A DNA stretch of 64,000 nt from positions 116,438,001 through 116,502,000 of the forward strand of contig NC_045697.1 of NCBI RefSeq assembly GCF_009834535.1. The letters are read 5' to 3'. This document shows positions 11,851 through 23,793 of the stretch, one piece after another. Positions within the stretch are counted from its first letter, which is position 1. Every line of letters begins with the position of its first letter. The notes under the pieces were generated by a model. The model saw nothing but the letters and a program-made list of their open reading frames with translations. It made no database searches and was not told where the DNA came from. The position numbers and the translations under genes were made by a program. Source of the stretch: Camelus ferus (lineage: Eukaryota).

Positions 11851-14800
11851 GAGGACAAGGCAGGAGAGGGGACAGAAACGTCCCCAGAAGCAGGGGACTA
11901 ATGAGGGGATGGAGGATTCGGGGACTGGACGTGTGGTGCCTGGGGGGAGTCAAGGCAGACGGAGGCGGGGCAGACACAGAGTCGAGGGGTCCAAAGTCAC
12001 CCACCATCCTGGGGGTTGGGAGAGGCTCTAGTGCAGAACAGCTGCACAGAAGAGGAGGCTGGTGAGTTTGGGGACCACGGATGGAGGGCCTGGACCACGG
12101 AGTCAAGGACTGTATGTCTGCTCCACACGCAGTGGTGTACGTGCCAATCAAACTTTCTAAGAAAGAGCACGACGTGTCCTGACCTGTGTTTCAGGAGAGA
12201 ACTAACGCTGGTGGAGGGAACCATTTTCGGGGCAAGCGGAGAGGCAGCCCTGACTGGGGAACCCAGGGTTTCCAGGAGTCCTGCCAGTAAGGGTGAGGGC
12301 AGTGGTGGTGATTTGCTGCAGGGCGACTGGCCACGTCCTCCAGGACCCACGGTGCTGGAGTCCGATTCCTCTCGAGCGACAGCAGGGGTCAGGCTGGAAG
12401 GGGCTTGGGGGTGTCTGTGTTGAAACCTGGTCTATGAGGGAAGGACCCTTCAAGAATGCTTTGCCTTTTGCTCTCCCGCAAGGAAACAAAAATAGTCAAA
12501 ATAGGTTCAAGGGAGGAGTTTCAGGCGCCGTCTTGTGATCTGAGAATGTGACAGGGAACTCCACACGGTCAGAGAAAAGGTCACACAAAGCCCACGATAA
12601 TGATCACAACAAAGACCGGCGGGCACCGTCCACGCGCCCAGCATCCCAGGCACCGGGATGCAGCTGCGAACAAAGCGTGACTCCTGCTCCCGTGATGACC
12701 TCGCTGTGTTCGCGTAACGTCCCCCCAGCTCCCGTAAGCCCTCGTCTGGGCTCTTCTGCCCCTACTGCCCCTCTTCTCACTCTCAAAACAAGCTCCTAAA
12801 TACAAAGAGAAACCCTTCTCAGAACAGTGCGGGGGCCCTATGACTGTCTCCTGGAAGTGCAGGCACACAGGGTCGGGGGAGGGGAAACTACGTTCACCCG
12901 GTTGGCACAAATATTCATTATTTCCTGCCCAGTAACGGGCTATTTAGGCAAGAAAAAGTTATGTAAATAGATGGTAGTAACATATTTGGAATTCTTCATT
13001 TCTTTTTTGCCAGGTCAGGAGCTCAGGAAGCTGACTAACAGGAAAACCGATTTGCAAATTAGCTGGCTTTTCTTTCTTCCCCTATTTTGTACTGATACAG
13101 CTTCACAAAGTGCCTGGTTTTTTGTTTTGGAAGAGCTACAAAAAAAAAAAAAAATTCACCTCTGAATTGCTGTCCTGTGGTCAAGAGTATAGCAGAAAAA
13201 AAGTTCTGGAAGGTTCACGTTCTCACCAGCAGCTTTAATACATAATGCTGACCTAAGGACAGAATTTTAAAATGATTCCAATTAAACGTCTCCCACTGTT
13301 ACTTCCCCAGAAGAAACTGATATCGGATGTTGGCTGTAACTTTTTTCGTCTTTAAAAAGTAGGTGATATGTAGGTCTTTTTTGTTTTTGTAAAAGAAACG
13401 TGTGGTGTGAAAGAATCAATCCTGACCGTCGGCAGCCTGGCTGGGAAGGAGCCCTGAGACCTGAGCCCCGGGGACCATGCCTGCCCTCGGAGCCTGGCTG
13501 GACCCCGGTGCCGTGAAAGTCACCAGAAACAGAAGCCAACCAGATCCAGCTCCTACCTCCAGATGCTCACAATCTGGTAGGGAAGGTCAACACACAAACC
13601 AGTCAGTAAACTGTCCCATCACTGCGGTAAACGTCTCTATGAGGAAGGAGAGGTCAGTCTGCCCAGCTCGGGTGAGGCACTGGTCCAGGTCACAGGTGAC
13701 GCGGTGCCTGGGACATGGTCAGCATCCTCCAGGGTGGACAGGGCTCCCGGCTCTGCCACTGCCATCCCAGGGAACTCGGGAGTCCGCACCCTGGAGCTCA
13801 GCTCTCCCCAAATGCATCTGCCTTACCGACCTCACAGGGCTGTTGGGAAGACAGAAAATCAGTAGGAAAGCACTTTGAACACTGTACAGCCTAACTCAGA
13901 GAAGTCCAGACACGCAATTCTTTCACTGAGATCCTGGGCATTCAGACTGTTTTGATCTGAGAAAGAAGCTTATGCCACGTATTACAGAACATCGCCTCCG
14001 GGGCTGAGGTGTGATCAAACCCCCAGACCAAACAAGTCAATACTTCACCAGCCCAAGTGATGGACGTTTACGCTCAATGGATTATCGAGAGACTACAAAT
14101 AGCCTTACAACCGTTCAGGTCAGTTCCAAAAGTTTTCTCAGAGAGTTTAGGATTTGGGGATCATAGGATGAGTTTGTTGCTCAGGGAAACACTTCCTACG
14201 TCTGAGGGAAGGTCAGGGTCTCCCACGTGACCGTGAACGTGCGCGGTCCCAACACGCCGGCCGTGGGGGCTGCTGGTGCCTCGCGGCGGGGCTCTGCGCG
14301 CTGGGACGGGGCTATGCGTGGCCACGAGGTCACAAGCTGGAGCCACACAGTGTTTATATAACACGCCCACACAGCAACGACAGAACCCGATGAGTCGCGA
14401 CACGGCTGGAAGTTTGGGTGCTGCAGGCGGGGAACGGTGCCACACACGAGAGGGAAAGGCAAATTCCGGCCCCCTTCCTGGTTCAGGTGAAGTCTGTGTG
14501 GCATCATGGCACCACCGGCCCGGGGCCACCGTGGCGGCGACAGCCCAGCAGAGCGCCACGCTGGACGTCAGGCCGCCCGGCTCCCAGGCAGGAGGCAGCG
14601 CCTGAGCCCAGTCACCCTCCAGCTCCCTGCTTTGTAAGGACGGCTGTGGCCAGAATCATCCCTCAAGCTCGTGTCCTTCTGACGCTGACACGCCGTAATC
14701 TCAAATGGTCAACTGCGTGGGCACAGTGTCCTTCAGAACAGGTGACCTCAGCCAGGTCCTAGGAGGAGAGCGGCCTCCGTGAACCCATCTCCGCCCCCAC

Positions 14801-16364
14801 GTGGCGCCCTCACCTCCCTGGAAGGACGTGGCGCTGTGCTTAGCAGGCTTCTTAACACGAACACAGCTCCGATCAGTAGAACATTCAGAAGACACTGCCG
14901 ACATCTCAAGGGGAAAGGGGCAAGTTCTCTCCAGGCAAGGGAGACCCCGAGGGGGCAGGTGTCCCAGGATCCTGCCCGAGGCTGGCTTCCTAGGTTTTGC
15001 TGTCATTATTACACCTTCTTCCCTTTCTCCCATTTAAAATCTTACAGAATCTCTAAGTATGGCTCGTAGTGGCTTATGCTTTCCAAAATGGTTTGTTAAT
15101 TCATCAAACAGCATGACTAACTCTTTTCTGGTATCTAGAAACTGGAAACCACCTGTATTTAAGCAGCCTTGCTGTCCGTCCCCCTGTGTGCCTCAATCCC
15201 GTACTCCCTGAGCTGATTCTCTCACACGCTCGTCCGCATAACCACAGCAGTCAGCATGCATCGCTGCGCTCCAGGACCACTGGGCTGTGACTTCCAGCCC
15301 TGCTGAGAGCTAACCTCCATCAGCATGGTGTTGTGCCTTTTCCTGAAGGCAAGGTTCCCTCCTCCTCTCCACCCAGGGAAGCTGCCTGCTAATAACATGG
15401 GAGTGAATGAATTTCGAAGTAAATAGTCACGACACTGCCTTATGTATTAACTAATTCTCAATCCATCTAACCCGTTCACAGATGAAGAAATCACGGTTTC
15501 CCCTAGAGGTTTCCAGGGGTCAAAAGCGAGATATTCTCCACATGGTCTTTTGTTTGCAAACGAGAAAGCCAAAAAACAGAAACCGTACACCTACCTCTGG
15601 TTATAAAATACTATTTTTAGAAGAGATGGGTACAGGTGAGCAGGAGGCAGAGCTGGGCCGAGGGGCAGAGGTAGGGGCCAAAATAAGGGGGGGAGGTACA
15701 AACACACAAACTCACATGCTCTTTGACCCACAATTCCATTTGCAGGAATTAATCCCACAGACCAACCTGCAGGGTCCAAAATGATTACACACAAAAGGGA
15801 TCCACTGCAGCAGCATTTGGAACAGCAAAGGACTGGGACAAACGCCCACGGGGGTGGCTAAAGAAATCACAGCACGTCCATACTACAGAGCACTATACGG
15901 ACAGGGCAGCGGACAAGGATGCTCCTTATGAGGTTACAGAATAAGCTCCAGGACATCGTCTGCCCTGGAAAAAAAGTATAAAACAGCGTGTGCAGGACAC
16001 TACCATATGTATTTTTGAAAAAGGAAAAACGAGGGGAAGAACTCTGGATTTTGTTATACGTGCATAGAGTCATCTCTAGAAGGAGCTGTCATTGTAAGGA
16101 TGGTCCCATCTGGAGTGGAAAACACCTTTACGTGTATATCTGCGAGGCAGCGCAGTGAGGAAGCGTGCGGACTCTGGGTTCCAGTCCTCGTCCGGCCCCT
16201 GCCTAGGACGTGGCCAGGCTCAGCACCCTCCTCTGCAGAGCGGGGACAACGGGGAGCCCTGTCACCGTGAGGACACGCAGAGCCTGCTGCAGCTGTGCAC
16301 CAGCACTCCGTGCCTTCTGGACCTTAACCACATGACTGTCCTGGCTCTTGAAAAATTAAAAATA

Positions 16365-16480
16365 TATGAATATATGTATGTGCCTGACTGAAACATGATG
16401 CTGTACACCAGAAACTGACAGCATTGTAAGCTGACGATACTTCAATAAAAAAGATGCAAATTTTTTAAAAAAGAAAAAAA
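16365..16480 (+). mobile_element. Short L1 3'-end fragment
   Basis: tgactgaaacatgatgctgtacaccagaaactgaca...cttcaataaaa plus A tail. Confidence 0.8.
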
Positions 16481-17287
16481 TAATGAAACTGAGGATCACA
16501 ACAGGAACACTTTTTTTTTTTAACCCGTCAAAGACTCGAGTATTGACTTAAACAACCTTAATTACTGTTTGCTTGAAGATGCTTGGCTGTGGAGCACGAG
16601 GCAGTGGGTCAAGTCCTGCAGCGAATCCACCTTCATGACCTCGGGCCGTTCCGAGCCAGTTTGGCCCCCGTTGTGGACATCTGCCGGCTTTCCTTCTCAG
16701 CATTCAGAGACACGTGTCCCCACCCTGCCCCAACCCGCCTCCCCTTAGGACAGGGCGAAGCGTCTCTCTAAGAATGTAATCCCCCTTCTCATTCATTAAA
16801 ACTATTTATGGCTTTGCATTTGTTATTATTGCTCCAGGACTGTGTCAAATTGATTCACACTGTATTAAGTAAGTGTCCTTTTTCACCACGTAATCTCAGA
16901 GCCTGGAGACACCGGTTCTAGAAGGCCTGTTGTTGGGTGTGGGCGGGGAGGGCAGGTGATGCCAGCTGCACCGCACGTGGGAAATAGCTGCCTACAGACC
17001 CCCGGAGAGCGCCGAGCTGGCCCTCCCCGACGTCCGGGAGAGTCTGCATCATACCGTCTGTTTTGCACAAAAGGTAGGAGATGTTTATAGGCTTAGAACC
17101 AGTGTCAGAGTCAGGACTCAAACCAACGTCTCCTGACTCCAAACTCCGTGCTCTTCCCACAGCGCTGTGACACCACCTTAACGTCACTAGCAAACAGGGT
17201 CACATGCTCTGCTCCAGGACCTCCCTCTGTGTCTCTGACTGAGGTGTCAAAACATGACAGGTTTGAGAAATAAAAATTCTCAAACTC

Positions 17288-17434
17288 AGTGAGAGCTCAG
17301 TGGTAGAGCATGTGCTTAGCATGCACAAGGTCCTGGGTTCAATCCCCAGCGCCTCCCTAAAAATAAACAAATAAATCTAATTACCACCCTCAAAACAAAC
17401 AAACAGACAAAACCCCCCAAAAACACACAAAAAA
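17288..17434 (+). mobile_element. tRNA-derived SINE (Vic-1-like)
   Basis: agctcagtggtagagcatgtgcttagcatgcacaaggtcctgggttcaatcccc, ctaattacc motif, A-rich tail. Confidence 0.88.
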
Positions 17435-18764
17435 TGCTGGTGACATAGTGTTAAGACTGAAAAGCAGGACACGTATATATATATGGTATGACCTCAATTA
17501 GGAGGAAAAAAGTGATCAAGGGCTTTTTAAAAGTTCACCAAAAAAATTAGCAGCTCATATTACAAAGGATTCATCTCCATACTATATGAAGAACATCCAG
17601 AAATCGATAAAGATTTGGAAACCACTGGGAATGTGGGCAACGGATACAGAGGGTTCAAAGGAAAACAAAAATAAGATGGTCCTTAAATACACAAAAAGAT
17701 GCTAGCTGTCGTTCTTAGAAAGAGAACAGCAAATTAAACTCGTACACCTGCTAGACTGGCGAAACTCCACAAGTTCAGACACCCACACGAGAGAACCACG
17801 GGCGGAGACTCAACACGACTAGGAGGGAGGGGATGTGTCACAGCTCTCAGCATCACCAGTGCTTTTGGCCTGGACCCACCCAGCCTGCTGCCGGAATAAA
17901 ACAGATGCAAGGGCGTGACTGCAGCTCGACTCCTAAAAGCAGGAGGCGGAAACAACCGGGCTGGACACGGGCAGAGACAGCTCCAAGTCACTCTGTTCCA
18001 CCCGCACGACAGACCACAAAGCAGCGCTGGTGGGTGCACGTGCGACAATGCGTCCTGCACGGCCCCAGGGGACACAGCCGAGCCCCGGGACAGCGCAGCT
18101 GCCGGCGCAGGGCATGCCGCCTCCCGCGGGAGAAGGAAGAATGTGTATTCATGTTCGCTGACTTCTGCATGGAAGAAATAGAAAATGATTCGGTTCAAAT
18201 AAACTGAATTTTTAAAAAGCAGGAAGAGGAAGAACAGCTCTGCCCTTGGAATGTTCTGGTCTCCCAGGTGAAGAGCGAGGCTAGTTTATCAGAAGTGGCG
18301 TTTTGTGCCATCGGTTCTGGAAGGGAGTTCCAGGTCTTGAGGTCTGCTCCCGGCCCTGGACAGAGGGGACCCAGCAGACAAACTGCACCTCCTAGGCTTG
18401 GCTTTTAAATTACACGGCCTGGAAATGCTGTCCCTAGCTGGCTGGGAAGACAAAAGACAACTGGAGAGCCATCCTAGGGAGGGACCAGCATGGTGTCTGG
18501 GAGTTGGGACTCGAGGCCAGGACGTGTACGACGCCACAGAAGGCACCACAAGTGGACATGCAGCAGTGGTCGGGATGCCACGCTGGCAGCCACGAGTCTC
18601 CGCCACCCAGCAACGGCGGGGGAGCTGTGAGCCACCACGGCCAAGGGCGCCGGAGAAGGGGCCCCTGCGGCTTCTCACCCACCTGCACCGGCTGGACACC
18701 TGGACCTCTGCCTTCTGTTCCTACTGCATCCAGACTCTAATTTCTTCATCCAGAAAAAAAAAAG

Positions 18765-19262
18765 ACCCACATAAACACTTGTCCAGGAATCTTTAGAATA
18801 GCATCACTCATGGTAGCCAAAGCGTGGAAAAAGCCACGTGTCCATCACTGGATAAATAAAATCTGGTCTATCCACGCAACAGAACGTCACTCAGTAACAG
18901 AGAGGAGCGAAGGGCCAATCCAGGTCAGAATGCGGGTCAACCCTGAAAACATCACGGTAAGTGAAGGAAGTCCTCACAAAGGATCATCTATTGGATGATT
19001 CTGTTTATAGAAAACATCCAGAACAGGCAAGTCATAGAGACAGATGGTAAGTTAGTGGCTGACTAGAGCTGGAGGTAGGGGCACGGGGGGAGGACAGGTA
19101 CATTTTGTGTAGAGTCTCTTTTAAGGGTAATGAAAACGTTCTGAAGTTGACGTGGTGGTGGTGGTGCAAGTCTGTGAACACAGTCAAATCTACTGAAGTG
19201 TGTCTACACTTTAAATGGGTGGATGTATGATACGTGAATTACATCTCAATAAAGCTGTTTTC
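18765..19262 (+). mobile_element. Old L1 (L1MB-like) 3' region
   Basis: Degenerate ORF2 end and 3'UTR finishing tacatctcaataaagctgtttt. Confidence 0.75.
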
Positions 19263-20361
19263 AAAGAGACCGAGATTCAATTTACACCCTCTACCCTCCT
19301 CCCAAAGATGATGTTGGAGTGGGACCAACATGCACACTTCCTAACACCTAAACCCCACTCTTTCGTAGGCATATATCTGGTAAAATTCATGCAGATGTGC
19401 AGACAGGGACACGTGTAATTCTACTACTCATTGCAATGTTGTCTATAATAGTAAATTTTTTTAATTGAAATGCTCATCAATAGACTAATAGATACATAAA
19501 CTGCAGCATATTTGCAAAATGAGTTTACTGACTTACACAATGAATTGACTATACTGAGGTTAGCATTAAGGAACTGGAGCTACATGGATAAATGTGAACG
19601 AATCTCAGAAACATACAGCTGTATAAGGAAGTGAGCATCAAAATAATATGTGCAGTGTGATACCCGTTCTATAGCATTAGGTACATGTAGCCCAGTATGA
19701 CTGATGGAAACATCACAGCCAGCAACCCACAGAGACGCAGAGGAATGAGAGCCGTCGCACAGACAGGGGTCGCCTCTGGAAGGAAGGACGGAGAAGACGG
19801 GGCCCAGGAGGACTGAGCAGGAAGCGCCACCTGCTTCCTTGATGTTTTAGTTCTTTTAAAAAAGAAATCATACACGTGAAGCAAAAAGGGGCAAACTTGT
19901 AAGATTTAAGAAAACTGGGTTGTGGTTACACACATGGCTATTGTAATGTAGTCTGTACTTCCTGTGTAATGGGAACGTGTCATAAAAAAAGAGAGAGCGT
20001 TAACAGCTTTTAAAATGAGAGGAAAGAGAAAAAAAGAATTTGTAAGAAGCTAATAAAACTGATGACCTAAATGGGATGGGGAAAAAAGAGGTGGGGGCAT
20101 CAATTTTCAAATGTGTATTTTTATCATTGAACTAAGTGAATGTATCATCTTTGAAGATATATAGACATAATGTTTTTTAAAACATTAAGGAAAAACCCTC
20201 ACATTCTACCCTTTAAGAAGTGATTTAACCTATGAAAGATGTCAGAGTTGGGGGCGTCCTTATCTTTGCTTCAGGTTTCCAAGAAGAGGCACAGTCCCCA
20301 GGAGGGTCACACCTGCCTGCCACACCCCCCGCCCCTCCTGTCCCGGGGGAGGGACTCAGTG

Positions 20362-20480
20362 CTTTTTTTAGGGGGGAGGTAATTAGGTTTATTTATTTAT
20401 TTTAATGGAGGTCCCAAGGATGGAACCCAGGACCTTGCGCATGCTGAGCACACACTCTACCCCTGAGCTATACCCTCTCT
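20362..20480 (-). mobile_element. tRNA-derived SINE (Vic-1-like)
   Basis: Reverse complement of the family consensus (ggtaattaggtttattt...gaacccaggacct...ctgagctataccc). Confidence 0.88.
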
Positions 20481-21369
20481 GCCCAGGAATCAGTTCTGAT
20501 CCGCAGGCCGCACACATACTGATCGGATCCTCAACTCCTGGACATCAGGGTTACAGGGCGAGTCCCATGTGCCCAGGCCCGTGGGTGCCCGAGCTGCTCA
20601 GGACACGCACGGTGTGGACCCTGAAGGTCGATAACCGACCACTGGCTGTTTCCCAAAGGTTAACGGTGGTGGGGTTGCCACCTACTGGACCAATTTCTAT
20701 CCACATTTTCCAAATCTGTTGAGGAAGGAAAATGGGTCTCCTTCAAGTTTCCTACCACGAAAATCTCCAAGGAAAATTCCCTCCCTAGAAGACCGTCAGA
20801 AATTTGAACAAAAATAGGGTTTTTGTCTGCACTGTAACAGTCAAAAGCTGGAAAACTAAATTTTCCTAAAACTCATTAGGAAAACATTCCCAAAGGTTTG
20901 GACGCCATCCATTTAAGATGCCACAAGTGGCCACTAAAGACTGTCTTAGAAACATTTTAATGACATGGGGAGCATGTTAACACTAAGTGAGAAAGCAGAT
21001 TCTGTACCTGCACAGGACGCATGACTCACTCAGCCCAGTGCAGCTAACATCTGCGTGCCCAAAAGGACTGCAGGGCGGAAGATCAAAGTATTCTCAGCAG
21101 TAAACCTTTGTGTGACAGCACTATGGGTAATCTGGGTTTTCGTTTTTATATTTGCTTGCATTTTCCAAATGCTTTGTAATAGAATTGCATCATTTTGATA
21201 ACCAGAGAAGATACTTAAGAAAAATATTAAAAATAAGTTTAGTAACAATATGAAAGAAAAAGGAGGCATTTTTTTAAAAAAAAGACAGTAGATAGTGTGA
21301 CATGAATGCAGCCATGCTCTGAAAAATACACGTTAGAATACTTTTTAAAATATTCTATATACTGGCATT

Positions 21370-23612
21370 AACATTTGGATTTTAAAATTAAAAAGGCAAT
21401 ATCATAGATTAGCAACCCCCCCATAAAAAAAAGAAATACTTAGGGATAAATCTAACAAAAAATGTACTGGCTCTGTATGAGGAAAATGTGAAGCTCTGAT
21501 AAAAGAAATCAAAGAACGAAATACCTGGAGAGACATTCCACACTCATGGGTGGAAGACTCCAGATGTCAGTTCTTCCCAACTTGATCCATAGAGTCAATC
21601 CCAATCAAAGCCCCAGCAAGTTATTTTGTGGATATTGACATGCTGAGTCTGAACTTTATGGGAGGGAGACAAAGGACCCAGAACAGCCAACACGATACTG
21701 AAGGAGGAGAAGAGGGTCAGAGGACTGGCACCACCCAACTTCAAGACCCACTACAGTCTCCGCAAACACAGTGTGGTCCTGGTGAAAGGTCAGACACACA
21801 GACCAATAAACAGGAGCAGAGAACCCAGGCACAGATTCCCATGTAGTCAACTGACCTGTGACAAAGGAATAAAGGCAGTTCAATGGTGAAAAGACAGTCT
21901 TTCAACAGACGGCGCTGGAGCAAGTGGCCATCCACACACGAAAGAATGAATCTCAACACGGCCCTAAAATCCTTTACAAAAATTTAACTCAAAATAGATC
22001 ATGGATCTTAATATTTTATAGTCAAGTTTATCAATCATCTCCTTTATGATTAGTATTTTTTTGTATACTGTTTAAAAAATCTATTCCTACCCATACACAA
22101 TGAAGAGCTTGTCTTCTGTTATCTTCTAGAAGGTTTATTGTTTGCTTTTCATATTTAGAACTACCATACACATAAAACTGATTTTTGTGTATGATTTGAA
22201 AAAAGAAAATAGGTCACAGACCTAAAATGCAAAACTATAAAACTCCTAGAAGGTAACACAGCAGAGAATCTAGACGCCCTCGAGCATGGTGATGAAAACA
22301 CAAACGCACAAGCCATGAGACAGCTGATAAGCTGGACTTCATTAAAATTAAAATCTCTGCTCTGTGAAAGACAATATCAAAAGGAGCAGAAGGCAAGCCT
22401 CAGGATGGGAGAAAGTATCTGCAAAAGATAATTCTGATAAAGGACTGGTATCTGAAATATACACACGACTCATAACACTCAACAATAAAAAAAACAAACA
22501 ATCCAATTTAAAAATAAAAAACAAAAATTAAAATAAGCAAAAGACCTGAACAGGCAGCTCACAAAAGATACACAGCTGGCAAGTAAGCATATGAAAAAGG
22601 TGCTCCACGTCTTAGTCATTAGAGAAACATACATTAAAACAACAGCGAAGCACCGTGAAATACCACCACTCACCGACCAGAACGGCCGAAGTCCAGCGCA
22701 CTGACGTCACCAAACGCTAAGAGGATGTGGAGCAACAGGAACTGCCTCTCACTGCTGGTGGGAACGCAAAACGGTACAGCCACTCTGGAAGCTGGGCAGC
22801 TTCTTATAAAACTAAACAAACTCTTACCTTACAACCTAGGAATCACACTCCTTGATATTCACCCAAAGGAACAAAACTTAGGAACATACAAAAACCTGCA
22901 CATGGACAGTTACAGCAGCTCGAGTCATGACTGCCAAGACCTGGAAGCCACCAAGATGCCCTCCGGTGGATGGACAGGTAAGCAGACTGTGCTCCATCCA
23001 GACAATGGAACATTATTCGGCACTAGAAAGAAATGAGCTACTTGAATCACTATGCTGTACACCAGAAACGAACACAACATTGTAAATCAACTATACTTCA
23101 ACAAAAAAAAGAAAGAAAGAAGCCATCAAGCCATGAAAACTCACGGAGGAAACTTTACTGCAGATCACTAAGTGGAAGAAGCCACCTGAAAAGGCCGCAC
23201 CCTGTGTGGTTCTAGCCCGATGACAGTCTAGAAGAGGCAAAACCAGCGAGACCGTGAAAAGGGCAGTGGTGGCCGGGCTCGGGGGTGAGAACAGGCAGAG
23301 CACGGAGGACTTTTAGGGCAGTGAAATGCCTCTGTGTGACCCTACGTCGGTGGGTAGGTTTTGTTACACGTTCGTCCAAACCACAGAATGAGCAACACCA
23401 AGAGCGACCCTCAAACGTCAGCCAAGGTTGGAGCGACATGCGGTGTCGGCTGTGGTGCCAGCCCTTGTGACGGGTGTCCAGCTCTGGCGTGAGGTGTGGA
23501 CAGTGGGGAGGCTGGGAGCCTGGCGCAGGGAGGAGAGAGGAACTCTTCTTTCTGCTTAATTTTGCAGTGAACCTACAACTGCTCTAAAAAAATAAAATCT
23601 GTTTTGTAAAAA
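21370..23612 (+). mobile_element. Old L1 (L1MC-like) ORF2 remnant plus 3'UTR, with internal insertions
   Basis: Degenerate ORF2-type sequence (aaatacttagggataaatctaacaaaa; aaaactataaaactcctagaag) and an L1MC-type 3'UTR (gtccaaaccacagaatgagcaacaccaagag). Confidence 0.8.
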
Positions 23613-23654
23613 AATTCAATGGCCAAGGGAACTTTTAAAATACAGGAACTTTGA

Positions 23655-23793
23655 AGGGGAAGGTATAGCTCAGTGGTAGAGCACGTGCTTAGCATGCACG
23701 AGGTCCTGGGTTTGATCCCCAGTCCCTCCATTAAATAAATAATAATAATACATAAACCTAATTACCCCCCCCGCCGCCAAACAAAAACAAAAC
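23655..23793 (+). mobile_element. tRNA-derived SINE (Vic-1-like) with perfect 18-bp TSD
   Basis: TSD AAAATACAGGAACTTTGA at 23637-23654 and 23794-23811, at a TT/AAAA L1-endonuclease site. Confidence 0.93.

Noticed and set aside
23655..23730. tRNA-like A/B-box sequences (several copies)
   Set aside because: They are SINE heads with A-rich tails and TSDs, not tRNA genes.
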